Shown: positions 22,320 to 35,052, counted from the stretch's first letter. The stretch is DNA of 64,000 nt from an uncultured Actinomycetes bacterium (GCA_963704725.1 OY969934.1:2208001-2272000), one strand, 5' to 3'. Numbers and translations: made by a program. The notes: generated by a model not told the origin, from the sequence alone.

Positions 22320-23395
22320 GGTCGGCTCGCTTGGATGACGCGGAGCCGTTCCTCCAGCCGGCCCCGCAGGACGTCGGACTCGACCGCGACCAGGATGACG
22401 ATCCCGAGCACGATGAGTTGGAAGAACGAGTCGAGATTGGCCAGGTTCATCGCGTTGCGGATCACGCCGATCATCAACGCTCCGACCAGGGCGTGGCCCA
22501 CCTTGCCCCGGCCTCCGAGGAAGCTGGCTCCCCCGATAATGACGGCCGCGATGGCATCGAGCTCGGCCAGATCGCCGAACGTGGGCGCTCCGGCGTTCGT
22601 CCGTCCGGCGGTGAGGACGGCGGCGATGCCCGCGGTCAACCCGCTGAAGACGTACACGGAGATCAGGACCGCCGACGTCGGGATCGCCGTGCGACGGGCC
22701 GCCTCGAGGTTCCCGCCCACGGCGTAGATCCACCGGCCCCACACCACTCGCGTCTGGAGCATCCACACGGCGACGGCGACGGCGGCGACGACGAAGGTCG
22801 ACACGGGGAGCCAACCCAGGACGGAGTTGCCCCCGATCACGCCGATCACCTCCGGCATCCCCTGAATGGGACGGCCGTCCGCCAGCCACAGCGCCAGACC
22901 TCGCACGAGCGTCAGCGTCGCGAGGGTCACGATGAACGGGTGGGGGATCCGGCCCTTGACGAACAGCACCCCGTTCACCAGGCCCACGGCGAGCCCGGCG
23001 CCGAGCATGACGGCCAGCACGAGGATCGTGGAACCGTCGGACCGGAAGACCATGGCGCCGGCCACCGTTCCCAGCGCGAGCGTCGAGCCGACGGAGAGAT
23101 CGATCCCCCCGGTGACGATCACGAGCAGCTGTCCCAAGCAGAGCACCGAGATCACCGCGGTCTGTGCGAGGACGTTCCCGATGTTCCGAGTCGTGAGGAA
23201 CACGGGGGTCACGGCGGCGACCACCAGGGTCAGGATGATCAGGATGAGCACGGGCCCCGCCCGCAGGAGCAGCAGCGCGACCCGCAAGGGGGCGTCGCGC
23301 CGGGCGGGATGGTCCGATCCGTGATCGGCCGGATCCCGCTCACCCGCCGTGGCCGCTCCTCGACCAGGGCGCCCCGGCGGTTCCGCAGACGACAT
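22316..23395 (-). CDS. Sugar ABC transporter permease (RbsC-like)
   Basis: GGIDLSVGS, YAVGGN.EAA, ELDAIAAVIIGG. Confidence 0.93.
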
Positions 23396-23533
23396 GGCCG
23401 ACCCGGCCGGTTCGCGACCCTCCAGGTCGCTCGCTCGCTCCCCCACCGCTCGCCCCCTCGACCCCCGAATAGTCGGGTGTATCCTGCGGCTTGCGCGCCT
23501 CCCGACGCGAGATCGCGTACAGTACGGCATCAA

Positions 23534-23544
23534 ACATCGGATGT
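23534..23544. promoter_or_regulatory. Probable FadR/GntR operator
   Basis: Palindrome ACATC-G-GATGT in the divergent promoter region between the permease and the regulator. Confidence 0.55.
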
Positions 23545-23569
23545 CTAGCCCGACGTTGAGGAGTCCGAC

Positions 23570-24265
23570 GTGTCAGCGCCACTGACCGAGGCCGCGATCC
23601 GCCACATCCGGGAGATGATCGCCAGGGGCGCCCTCACCCCTGGGGCGAAGCTGCCGCCGGAGGCCGAGCTGGCCACCGAGCTGGGGGCCTCGCGCAACAC
23701 GGTTCGCGAAGCCGTGCGAGCCCTCGTCACGGCGGGCGTGGTCGACGTGCGTCGAGGCGACGGCACCTACGTGACCAGCCTGCGACCGGAGCAGCTGCTC
23801 GAGGGCATCGGGGCGGCCGCCGAGCTGATGGCGGACGGCTTCTCGCTCGAGCTGATCCAGGTCCGTCGCATCCTGGAGCCGGCGGCCACCGCCCTTGCCG
23901 CCTTGCTCATCGATGAGGAGGCCGTGGCCCGGCTCGAGACCCTGCTCGATCGCATGCGCTCCGCCGAGAGCGAGGAGGTGCTGGTCCAGGCGGACAGCGA
24001 CTTCCACCTGATGGTCGCCTCCTGCTCGGGCAACACCACACTCGCCTCGATGCTGAGTGGCCTGTCCACCGGGATGACGCGGTCGAGGATCTGGCGGGGC
24101 GTGATCGAGGACAACGCCAGGACCCAGACGATCGACCAGCACGCGCAGATCCTGCACGCCCTTCGCGCCCGCGACCCGATCCTGGGGGAAGCCGCGGCGC
24201 TGATCCACGTCGCGACCACCGAGGCGTGGTTCCGGCGGTTGATCGACAGCGCGCCGGTGCCGTGA
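23570..24265 (+). CDS. GntR/FadR family transcriptional regulator
   Basis: LPPEAELATELGASRNTVREAV..RRGDGTYV wHTH; FCD motif DSDFH. Confidence 0.93.
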   Translation: MSAPLTEAAIRHIREMIARGALTPGAKLPPEAELATELGASRNTVREAVRALVTAGVVDVRRGDGTYVTSLRPEQLLEGIGAAAELMADGFSLELIQVRRILEPAATALAALLIDEEAVARLETLLDRMRSAESEEVLVQADSDFHLMVASCSGNTTLASMLSGLSTGMTRSRIWRGVIEDNARTQTIDQHAQILHALRARDPILGEAAALIHVATTEAWFRRLIDSAPVP

Positions 24266-24314
24266 TGGGGCGGGCGATCGGCGGTCTCGGCGGCAGATCC
24301 GAGCGAGGCGGCCG

Positions 24315-25160
24315 TTGAAGATCGTCCGATACGTCCATCGGGGACGCGAGGGGGTCGGCGTCGTCTCGAACGGCACCATCGTGCCTGCGGGGGCGGAGGT
24401 CTTCGCTCCGATCCCCGGCGGGGATCCCATCCCGCTCAGCGCGGTCAGGCTCCTCTCCCCGGTCGGTCCCGGCGCCAAGATCATCTGCATCGGGCGCAAC
24501 TACGCCGATCACGCCGCGGAGGACGGCGCGGCCGTCCCCGATGCACCCCTGATCTTCGCCAAGCTCCCGAACAGCCTCGTCGGACCGGGCGACCGGATCG
24601 TGGTGCCGCCCATCAGCGAGCAGGTCGACTTCGAGGCCGAGCTCGGCGTGGTCATCGGAACGCGAGCACGAGCGGTGCCGTCGACGCGAGCCCGGGAGCA
24701 CATCCTCGGATACACCTGCGTCAACGACGTCTCGGCGCGCGACCTGCAGCTGGGCGATCAGCAATGGACCCGAGGCAAATCGCTCGACACGTTCTGCCCG
24801 GTCGGTCCCTGGATCGTCACGCCGGACGAGATCCCCGATCCCACCGCGCTGAGCATCCGCTGCCTGCTCAACGGGGACGTGATGCAGGACGCCTCGACCG
24901 CCGACATGGTGTTCGACGTCGATTCGCTGATCAGCTTCATCACGCAGGGGATCACCCTGGAACCCGGCGATCTCATCGCGACCGGAACCCCGGCGGGGGT
25001 TGGCTTCCTCCGGCAACCGCCGCGGTACCTGACCCCCGGCGACATCGTCCGCGTCGAGATCGAGCACATCGGCTACCTGGAGAACCCGGTGGCGCGGTTC
25101 CCCGCGGGCGGCGGTAACGACCGGATTCCCCCCGCGCTCCCCACCGGACTCGGCCGATGA
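24315..25160 (+). CDS. Fumarylacetoacetate hydrolase (FAH) family protein
   Basis: IICIGRNYADH, DFEAELGVVIG, NDVSARD, GKSLDTFCP, TGTPAGVG; TTG start. Confidence 0.93.
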   Translation: MKIVRYVHRGREGVGVVSNGTIVPAGAEVFAPIPGGDPIPLSAVRLLSPVGPGAKIICIGRNYADHAAEDGAAVPDAPLIFAKLPNSLVGPGDRIVVPPISEQVDFEAELGVVIGTRARAVPSTRAREHILGYTCVNDVSARDLQLGDQQWTRGKSLDTFCPVGPWIVTPDEIPDPTALSIRCLLNGDVMQDASTADMVFDVDSLISFITQGITLEPGDLIATGTPAGVGFLRQPPRYLTPGDIVRVEIEHIGYLENPVARFPAGGGNDRIPPALPTGLGR

Positions 25161-26407
25161 AGGTGCGGCTCCCCTACGGACGCCGCGAGATCGAGATGTC
25201 CGTGCCGGAGGACACGAACGTCCTCACTCCGGCGAGCGTGCCTCCGCTCACGGGGCCGGAGTTCGCGCTCAAAGCCGCCCTCCGGTACCCGCGCGGGACC
25301 CGTCCCCTGCGCAGCGTCGCGGCGCCCGGCGCGACCGTGGGGATCAGCATCTGCGACGTGACCCGGGCCTTCCCGGCGAGACAGGTGCTCCCGGTGGTCC
25401 TGGACGAGATCGACGGTGCGCGGGTGACCCTGTTCGTGGCGACGGGAACCCATCGCGTGTCCACCGACGCCGAGCTGGAGGCGATGCTGGGGCCGTCCGT
25501 TCTGCGCCGGGTGAACGTGGTGCAACACGTGGCCGCCGACCGTGACCGCCACGCCAGCGTGGGCCGGATCCCGGGCACACGGACCGACGCCCTCATCGAG
25601 CGGGGCTTCCTGGAACAGGACGTGCGCATCACGCTCGGCTTCATCGAGCCCCACTTCTTCGCCGGCTTCTCGGGCGGACCGAAGATGGTGGCCCCCGGCC
25701 TCGCGGCGATGGAGACGGTGCTCGAGCTGCACTCGGCGGCGCGGATCGGCCATCCGTCGGCCACCTGGGGAGTGCTCGAGGACAACCCCGTTCACGAACC
25801 CATCCGCTGGATCGCGCAGCAGGCGAAGATCGACTTCGCGTTGGACGTCACCCTCGAGGCCGGCGGGCGAATCACGGGCGTGTTCGCGGGCGCTCTTGCA
25901 GAGACCCATCCGGCTGGATGCGGATTCGCCAGGGAGGTCGCGATGGTGCCGGTGGACGAGCCGTTCGACGTCGTGGTCACCACGAATGGCGGCTATCCGC
26001 TCGACCAGAACCTGTACCAAAGCGTGAAGGGCATGAGCGCCGCGGCGCAGATCGTCCGGGAGGGCGGAGCCATCGTCATCGCCTCCGAATGCAGCGACGG
26101 CATGCCGGGCCACGGCCGATACGCCAGTCTGCTCCGGGAAGCGGACGGCCCTCGAGCGTTCCTCGCGAGACTCCCAACGAGGGCGACGGAGCACGACCAG
26201 TGGCAGGTGCAGGTCCAGGCCAAGATCCAGACGCGCGCTCGCGTGTTCGTGAAGGCCGATGGGCTGACCCCGGAGCAGATCAGACGGGCGTGGCTCGAGC
26301 CGATCGACGACGTCGAACAGCTGCTTCGTAACCTCCGCGACCAGGGGGCGAGACGCGTCGCGGTCCTCCCACAGGGCCCGCAGACGATCCCTTACCTCGC
26401 CTCCTGA
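25157..26407 (+). CDS. larA: Nickel-pincer-dependent lactate racemase family protein (LarA-like)
   Basis: CDVTRA, ATGTHR, IEPHFFAGFSGGPKMVAPG, GYPLDQNLYQSVKG, DQWQ. Confidence 0.88.
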   Translation: MKVRLPYGRREIEMSVPEDTNVLTPASVPPLTGPEFALKAALRYPRGTRPLRSVAAPGATVGISICDVTRAFPARQVLPVVLDEIDGARVTLFVATGTHRVSTDAELEAMLGPSVLRRVNVVQHVAADRDRHASVGRIPGTRTDALIERGFLEQDVRITLGFIEPHFFAGFSGGPKMVAPGLAAMETVLELHSAARIGHPSATWGVLEDNPVHEPIRWIAQQAKIDFALDVTLEAGGRITGVFAGALAETHPAGCGFAREVAMVPVDEPFDVVVTTNGGYPLDQNLYQSVKGMSAAAQIVREGGAIVIASECSDGMPGHGRYASLLREADGPRAFLARLPTRATEHDQWQVQVQAKIQTRARVFVKADGLTPEQIRRAWLEPIDDVEQLLRNLRDQGARRVAVLPQGPQTIPYLAS

Positions 26408-26450
26408 GGCCCAGCCGTGGGTGGTGCCGATCGAGCTGACCTCGCTCGGC

Positions 26451-27218
26451 TCATGCGCCCTCATACTCGTCGTGCCGGCGCATCCAGAGCTGCCAATCCT
26501 CGTCACCCTCGCCGCGACCCTTCGGCGCGTGATCGAGGATCGGGTAGTACGTCATGACGAACTCCAGTCCGCGCCACGTCGTCGAGTACGCGTGGTACAC
26601 GGCGCTGCCGTCCCGGACGAACGTGCTGAACCCGGGGCTCTCGGTGAGGTATCCCTCGACGTCGGTCGCGGTCGCGCGAGCGTTCTGCTCGACGATCGGC
26701 GGGAACGCGTCCCCAACGTCCTGGCCGGGCAGCGAGACCTGGGCCACCGCTTCGCGAGACTGTTCCTCGGTCTGCGAGAAGCCGAGGTCGAAGTTGAATT
26801 CGCCGGGCGAGGACGAGACCCAAGGCAGGCGCCAGCCCATCCGGCGCTTGTAGGCCTGGAGCTTCTCGAGCGGCGCCTGTGAGACCAGGAGGAGCGTCGC
26901 GTCGCGAGCGTGGAGGTGGGGAAGCACGCCGTCGATGGCGTCGGCGATCGACGAGTTGACCGGGCAGCCGGCCTCGTAGCTCGGGCCGAACATGAAGTGG
27001 TAGACGAGCAGCTGGGACCGCCCGTCGAACAGGTCCCCGAGCGACCTCTCGCCGTCGTCCGTGTCGAAGCGGTAGTCCTGCTCCACCCGCACCCACGGCA
27101 GCTCCCGGCGCAGCTGCGTGATCTCGTCGCCGAGCCGGGTGTGCTCCTTCTCGCGCTTGAGCAGCTCCTCGCGTGCCGCGAGCCACTCGTCACGTGTTGC
27201 GATCGTGTGATCGACCAT
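26451..27218 (-). CDS. DUF899 thioredoxin-like protein
   Basis: EWLAAREELLKREKE, LFDGRSQLLVYHFMF, LDHAPKGR, WMRRHDEY. Confidence 0.9.
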   Translation of the reverse strand: MVDHTIATRDEWLAAREELLKREKEHTRLGDEITQLRRELPWVRVEQDYRFDTDDGERSLGDLFDGRSQLLVYHFMFGPSYEAGCPVNSSIADAIDGVLPHLHARDATLLLVSQAPLEKLQAYKRRMGWRLPWVSSSPGEFNFDLGFSQTEEQSREAVAQVSLPGQDVGDAFPPIVEQNARATATDVEGYLTESPGFSTFVRDGSAVYHAYSTTWRGLEFVMTYYPILDHAPKGRGEGDEDWQLWMRRHDEYEGA

Positions 27219-27229
27219 CGTTCTCCTCC

Positions 27230-28018
27230 TCAGTCATCCAGACTGCCCATCGCCAAGTTCACGGTCGTTCCCGTCATGCCACTCGCCTCGTCGGACGCCA
27301 TGAAGACCGCCGCGTTGGCCAGCTCCACGAGCGTCGAGAGCCGTCGCGTGTGGGTCCGGCTCGCCAGGGAGTCGTGGAACTGATCCCAGGTCATCCCCGA
27401 TGCCTCGGCGTAGGACTCGAAGGCGTCCCTGATCCGAGCCGTCTCCGGGATGCCCTGCGGTCGCAGACCGACCACGCGGATCCCCTGCGGTGCGAGCTCG
27501 GCGGAGAGACCCCGTGTGAGTGCCTCCACAGCCGCCATCGCCGGACCGCCGCCTCCCACGGAAGGGACGCCCGCCCTGGAGGGAGTTGCGGTGACGGTCA
27601 TGATCACGCCCGATCCGGTCACGAGCATCCGCCGGGCGGCCAGGCGTGCGGTCAGGAAGTACGACCTCGTGTACGTCGCGATGGGCAGGGAGAACTGCTC
27701 GACGTCGATCTCGACGAGGGGCGCACGGATCTTCGGGTTCGGGATGCCGATCGCGTTGAACGAGATGTCGAGGCGGCCCACCCGGTCGACCACGGACTCG
27801 AGATGCTCGTCCACCGCCCGCTCGTCGAGGGCGTCGACCTCCGCCGCCTCAGCGGATCCCCCTGCCGCGGCGATGTCCTTGGCAACCACTTCGACGGGCG
27901 CCAGGGAGCGCCCGGCGAGGAAGAGATGGGCTCCCTCCGACGCCAAGGCGCGTGCGAGGGCGCCGCCGATCGCGCCTCCGGCCCCGTAGACCACCGCCAC
28001 CTTGTCCTTCAGCATCAT
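27230..28018 (-). CDS. Short-chain dehydrogenase/reductase (atypical active site)
   Basis: VAVVYGAGGAIG, AELAPQGIRVV, ASGMTGTTVN; the YxxxK position reads GGPAM. Confidence 0.85.
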   Translation of the reverse strand: MMLKDKVAVVYGAGGAIGGALARALASEGAHLFLAGRSLAPVEVVAKDIAAAGGSAEAAEVDALDERAVDEHLESVVDRVGRLDISFNAIGIPNPKIRAPLVEIDVEQFSLPIATYTRSYFLTARLAARRMLVTGSGVIMTVTATPSRAGVPSVGGGGPAMAAVEALTRGLSAELAPQGIRVVGLRPQGIPETARIRDAFESYAEASGMTWDQFHDSLASRTHTRRLSTLVELANAAVFMASDEASGMTGTTVNLAMGSLDD

Positions 28019-28224
28019 CGCCGACTCCCCTTCCTCCTCTCTCGGTCTCACATCGACGGCACGAGCCGAGGTTCGGGCGTTGTCATGCACGGGTGGACAC
28101 CGCCGAGACGCGAAACTGGGCGATCGGCCGCCGCCCATTCCTCGGCGTACGAGGTGTCTATCTGAGTAACTGGGTCCCACATCCCTGGGAGAGCGGAGTC
28201 GAGCGGTGATGGGAGGATGGAGTC

Positions 28225-29217
28225 GTGAGCACGGAGCTCGTCTCTCGGGCCAAAGCCGGCGACCAGGACGCATTCCGCGCGCTGATCGAGCCCTACCGCG
28301 CGGAGCTGCACGTGCACTGCTACCGGATCCTCGGGTCGGTCCAGGACGCAGAGGACGCGCTGCAGGAGACGTTGCTCTCGGCCTGGCGCGGGCTGGAGGG
28401 ATTCGAGCGGCGAGCTTCCGTCAGGACCTGGCTCTACGCGGTCGCCACCAACCGCGCCCTGAACATGCTCCGGGCCGGGAGGCGTCGACCCCAGCTGCAG
28501 ATGCCGCCTGACGTGTCGCTCCCCGAGCCGACGCGTCGCGCGGATCCCCTTTGGCTCGAGCCGTATCCCGACGTCCTGCTCGAGAACGAGCTCGCAAGCC
28601 CGCCCGGCCCGGAGGCACGCTACGAGACCAAGGAAGCCATCTCCCTGGCGTTCGTCACGGCCCTGCAGCTCCTCCCGGCGCGTCAGCGAGCCGTGCTGAT
28701 CCTGCGAGACGTGCTCGGGTATCGGGCGGCCGAGGTCGCCGTGATGCTCGAGACGACCGCGGATTCGGTGACGAGCGCCCTCAAGCGCGCCCGCGCCACG
28801 CTGGAGGATCCGCCGCGGGCCGAGGCGCCACCGCAGCCCGACTCACCGGCTGAGCGCCAGCTGGTGGAGGAGCTCACGGCCGCCTTCGAAGCGAATGACG
28901 TCGACGGCATCGTCGCTCTGCTCGCCGACGACGTACGGCTGAGTATGCCGCCGCTCCCGCTCGAGTTCATCGGTCGCGAGGAGGCCAGACGCTTCTACGC
29001 GATCGTCGCTGCCCGTCCGGGCCGCCGCCGCCTCGTCCAGACCCGAGCCAACGGGCAGCCCGCGCTCGCGTTCTACTCCCGCGACGCCACCGGGGGCGTG
29101 TTCCGCGCGACCAGTCTGATGGTGGTCACGCTCACGGGCGAACGCATCGCCGCGCTCACCCGCTTCGACCCCAGCGTGCTCCAGCACTTCGGGCTGCCGC
29201 GGATCCTGCCTGAGTGA
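28225..29217 (+). CDS. ECF sigma factor with SnoaL-like C-terminus (SigG/ECF56-like)
   Basis: HCYRILGSVQDAEDALQETLL.AWRG, WLEPYPD, ILRDVLG, TRANGQPA, FGLP. Confidence 0.92.
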   Translation: MSTELVSRAKAGDQDAFRALIEPYRAELHVHCYRILGSVQDAEDALQETLLSAWRGLEGFERRASVRTWLYAVATNRALNMLRAGRRRPQLQMPPDVSLPEPTRRADPLWLEPYPDVLLENELASPPGPEARYETKEAISLAFVTALQLLPARQRAVLILRDVLGYRAAEVAVMLETTADSVTSALKRARATLEDPPRAEAPPQPDSPAERQLVEELTAAFEANDVDGIVALLADDVRLSMPPLPLEFIGREEARRFYAIVAARPGRRRLVQTRANGQPALAFYSRDATGGVFRATSLMVVTLTGERIAALTRFDPSVLQHFGLPRILPE

Positions 29218-29298
29218 TCGAGGCGAGTTCGGATCCGAGCCCGATCGGCCTCGGCGACGCCTCGAGCCCCTTCCCATGATCCGACTCGTACCCGGAGG

Positions 29299-29328
29299 TC
29301 ATGGACAAGCGGTGGCAACTCATGGACA
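29299..29328 (+). repeat. Direct repeat TCATGGACA x2 (21-bp spacing) just 3' of tRNA-Gly
   Basis: TCATGGACA at 29299 and 29320. Confidence 0.5.
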
Positions 29329-29384
29329 GATCGGAGCCGGCGGGCTCACTGGGCGCCGAATCGGCGCTGGTCAACACCCCATTC

Positions 29385-29460
<76 letters not shown>

Positions 29461-29495
29461 GTGTTCTCCGAGTCTAGAGAGCCGGGGCGGCCCCT

Positions 29496-30020
29496 TCAAC
29501 CGGGGAACTCGAGCGCCGGATGGCAGCGGACCTCTCCCGACAGGGACCCTGCCTGCTCGTCCAGCCGAACGAGCAGGAAGTTCTCCTCGGTGACGACGAT
29601 CCCGTCCGGGAGCACCTGCCCGGCGTAGGGGTTCGGGACGCCGATCGTCACGCCCGGCTCGAACCCGAACCGCCGGTAGAAGGCCGGGTCGCCGAACAGG
29701 AGCACGGCGGCCTCCTCGCGCGCGCGAGCCTCCTCGAGGCCGGCACGCATCAGGGCGGAGCCGATCCCCGTCCCCTGCCGGTCCGGCAGGACGCCGATCG
29801 GCCCAAGCGCGAGAACGGGCGCGTCGCCGATCCAAGCGCGGCTGAACTGGAGGTGCCCGAGGACGGTGCCGGCCTCCTCGGCGACGAGCGCGAACGATCC
29901 CTCCTCGTCCCGCACCGCGCGGACGATCCCGGGCTCCTGGTCGGAACCGAACGCAGCTCGCTCGACCTCGAGCGCCGCCTCTCGATCCGCGTTCTGTTCG
30001 AGCCGCATCCGAACGGTCAC
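29496..30020 (-). CDS. GNAT family N-acetyltransferase (YhbS-like)
   Basis: LGPIGVLPDRQGTGIGSALM, FGDPAFYRRFGF; GTGA overlap with dut. Confidence 0.88.
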   Translation of the reverse strand: MTVRMRLEQNADREAALEVERAAFGSDQEPGIVRAVRDEEGSFALVAEEAGTVLGHLQFSRAWIGDAPVLALGPIGVLPDRQGTGIGSALMRAGLEEARAREEAAVLLFGDPAFYRRFGFEPGVTIGVPNPYAGQVLPDGIVVTEENFLLVRLDEQAGSLSGEVRCHPALEFPG

Positions 30021-30457
30021 TGCGTCCCCGTCGAGCCGAAGCCGCCCTCGCCCCGGGTCGAGGGCGGCAGGTCCTCGACCCACGTCGCCTCCAGTTCGGG
30101 TACGGCGACGATCACGAGCTGGGCGATCCGGTCCCCTCTCGAGATGTGCACGGGCGCCGAGCGGTCGAGGTTCACGACCGCGCAGATCAGCTCTCCGCGG
30201 TAGCCCGCGTCGATCAGGCCCGGAGCGTTGGCCAGCGTGAGCCCGTGCCGGCTCGCCAGCCCGCTGCGGGGCAGCACCAGGCCCGCGTGTCCCTCGGGGA
30301 TGGCCACCGCGAGGCCCGTGGGCACCATCGCCCGCTCCCCCGGGCCCACCTCGACGTCCGCCACCGATCGCAGGTCGAATCCCGCGTCGCCGGGGTTGGC
30401 CCGCTCTGGGAGCGACGCGCCGGGATCGAGCCGCCGGAACGGGAGGGAGCCGTTCAC
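30017..30457 (-). CDS. dut: dUTP diphosphatase
   Basis: GDAGFDL, PRSGLA, GLIDAGYRGE, DRIAQL, RGEGGFGSTG. Confidence 0.97.
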   Translation of the reverse strand: MNGSLPFRRLDPGASLPERANPGDAGFDLRSVADVEVGPGERAMVPTGLAVAIPEGHAGLVLPRSGLASRHGLTLANAPGLIDAGYRGELICAVVNLDRSAPVHISRGDRIAQLVIVAVPELEATWVEDLPPSTRGEGGFGSTGTQ

Positions 30458-30825
30458 GCGGGCTCGAGGAGCTCGATGCGGTTGCCGAACGGGTCTCGCG
30501 CGTAGAAGCGTCGGAACCCCTCGAGCTGCACGTCCTCGTCGATCCGGTACCCCGCGCCGTCGAGCCGGTTCCGCAGCTCGTCAAGACCGCTCACCTGGAA
30601 CGCCGGGTGGGCCTTGCGGGCGGGCGTGAAGTCCTCGTGCTCCACGCCGAGGTGCACCTCGAACGCGCCGGTCCGGAACCACAGCCCGCCCCGCGGCGCG
30701 AGGTCGCTCGGCTTCGGCACCTCCGGCAGCCCGAGCAGCCCGCCGTAGAACGCTCGCCCCGCCTCCTCCTCGCCCGGGGGCATGGCGAGCTGCACGTGGT
30801 GCAGGCCGGTGATCTCGTAGGCCAT
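30454..30825 (-). CDS. VOC/glyoxalase family protein
   Basis: LHHVQLAMP, KAHPAF, DPFGNRIEL. Confidence 0.88.
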   Translation of the reverse strand: MAYEITGLHHVQLAMPPGEEEAGRAFYGGLLGLPEVPKPSDLAPRGGLWFRTGAFEVHLGVEHEDFTPARKAHPAFQVSGLDELRNRLDGAGYRIDEDVQLEGFRRFYARDPFGNRIELLEPA

Positions 30826-30898
30826 CGCCGTCTCCGGAGCGTACCGAACGCCGCGGGCCGGGACGAACGCCCCGGCCCGCATCGGCGCACGATCTCGA

Positions 30899-33643
<2,745 letters not shown>

Positions 33644-33735
33644 GGGCGTCCCCCTTTCCACAGATGGGGAAGAGATGTGCAGAACTACAGAGCTGTGATT
33701 CAACACCCCGCGCGTGTCCGCGTCAAGCTCCTCGA

Positions 33736-33783
33736 ACAGGATATCTGGTGGTCTCGGGTTTCGTCGACCACAAGATATGGTGG
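33736..33783 (-). promoter_or_regulatory. Tandem NrdR boxes upstream of nrdJ
   Basis: Minus strand CCACCATATCTTGTGG (33768-33783) and CCACCAGATATCCTGT (33736-33751), 32 bp apart; nrdR is adjacent. Confidence 0.85.
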
Positions 33784-33803
33784 TCGAGCTCCGGATCTCG
33801 GGA

Positions 33804-34280
33804 TCAGCGGGAGCGGTGCTTCGCGGGCTCCTTCTTGGGTAACAGGAGCCCGAGCTCGCGCTGGAAGTCGCCCACCTCCTGGAAGTCCTTGTAGACGCTG
33901 GCGAAGCGGACGTAGCCGACCTGGTCGAGGCGCTGCAGGTTCTGCAGGACCTCGAGCCCGATCTGCTGGGAGGTGATCTCGGGCCCCTTGCGGCGCAGCC
34001 GGGCCTCGATCCGCGCCACGAGCGACTCGACCTGGTCCTCGGTCACGGGCCGGTTGACGAGCGCCTTGCGGATGCCGGCGACCATCTTCCCCCGCTCCCA
34101 GGGCTCCTTCGCGCCGTCCCGCTTCACCACCATCAGCCCGAGGTCCTCGATCCGCTCGTGGGTCGTGTACCGCCGGCCGCACGACAGGCACTCGCGGCGG
34201 CGGCGGATCGATTCCCCGCGCTCGGCGGGCCGAGAGTCGACGACCTTGTCGTCGGCGTGCCCGCACCACGGACACCGCAT
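33804..34280 (-). CDS. nrdR: Transcriptional repressor NrdR
   Basis: MRCPWC..KVVDSR..IRRRREC..C..RYTTHE; ATP cone VVKRDG; YVRFASVY. Confidence 0.97.
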   Translation of the reverse strand: MRCPWCGHADDKVVDSRPAERGESIRRRRECLSCGRRYTTHERIEDLGLMVVKRDGAKEPWERGKMVAGIRKALVNRPVTEDQVESLVARIEARLRRKGPEITSQQIGLEVLQNLQRLDQVGYVRFASVYKDFQEVGDFQRELGLLLPKKEPAKHRSR

Positions 34281-34288
34281 GCGCCTGC

Positions 34289-34304
34289 CCCCAAGATGTG
34301 GTGG
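34289..34304 (-). promoter_or_regulatory. NrdR box just upstream of nrdR
   Basis: Minus strand CCACCACATCTTGGGG, nearly identical to the nrdJ box, 8 nt before the nrdR ATG. Confidence 0.7.
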
Positions 34305-34354
34305 TCGCGTGCACGCTACGAGGCCGCGTGCGGCGGCGTCAACGCGGGCCGAGG

Positions 34355-34675
34355 TCAGGGCCGCGCGAACAGCCGCCGAAGGGACTCCAGGCGCTCGTCC
34401 CACTGGCCGCCCACGTCCGTCATCCACGCCATGGCGTCGGTCATCGGCTTCGGCGTCAGGCGATAGCGGCGGCTCCGGCCCGCGGTCGTGGTCGCCACGA
34501 GGCCGGCCCCCTCGAGGGCGTCGAGATGCTTGGCCACGGCCTGCCTCGTCACCGGAAGGCGGGCGGCGAGCTCGGTCACGGTGCTCGGGCCATCCTCGGA
34601 GAGGCTGCGGATCACCGCCCGACGCGTGGGATCGGACAGGGCCGAGAAGACGGCGTCGACCCGGCGTTCGGTCAC
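34355..34675 (-). CDS. ArsR/SmtB family transcriptional regulator
   Basis: VFSALSDPTRR, LPVTRQAVAKHLDALEGAGLV, WDERLESL; GTGA overlap with the SRPBCC gene. Confidence 0.9.
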   Translation of the reverse strand: MTERRVDAVFSALSDPTRRAVIRSLSEDGPSTVTELAARLPVTRQAVAKHLDALEGAGLVATTTAGRSRRYRLTPKPMTDAMAWMTDVGGQWDERLESLRRLFARP

Positions 34676-35040
34676 GACCCGACCCTCGCCGAGACGAGCG
34701 GTGCCGGCTCCTCGGTGACCACGAGCCGGGTTCCGGCCGGCGCGTCCTCGAGCGCGAACGCCACCCGGGTGGCCTCCCCCACCTCGAGGGTGGGCCCGGC
34801 GCCGGCGAGCCGCCGCCAACGGAACACGAGCTCGTGCTCCGGCTCCACGTGCTCGACGAGTCCCCGGCGGGTGGATCCGTCCGCCTCGCGCACGATCACG
34901 GAGCCGCCGGCCCTCGGCTCGAGCTCCACCACCTCGCCGAGCCAACCAGCGAGCCGATCGAGGCGGGTCAGCGCCTCCCAGACCGCCTCGCGAGATGCGG
35001 GGATCACGACGTCCCGGGTCACGGGCGGCCGCTCGCTCAT
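34672..35040 (-). CDS. SRPBCC/AHSA1-like (START fold) protein
   Basis: VVIPASREAVWEALT..LAGWLG, VEPEHELVFRW, GTRLVVTE. Confidence 0.85.
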   Translation of the reverse strand: MSERPPVTRDVVIPASREAVWEALTRLDRLAGWLGEVVELEPRAGGSVIVREADGSTRRGLVEHVEPEHELVFRWRRLAGAGPTLEVGEATRVAFALEDAPAGTRLVVTEEPAPLVSARVGS

Positions 35041-35052
35041 CGCGCTCCGTAC

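Noticed and set aside
33644-33803. Cobalamin riboswitch before nrdJ
   Set aside because: The short gap is explained by NrdR boxes and a promoter; no B12-box seen.
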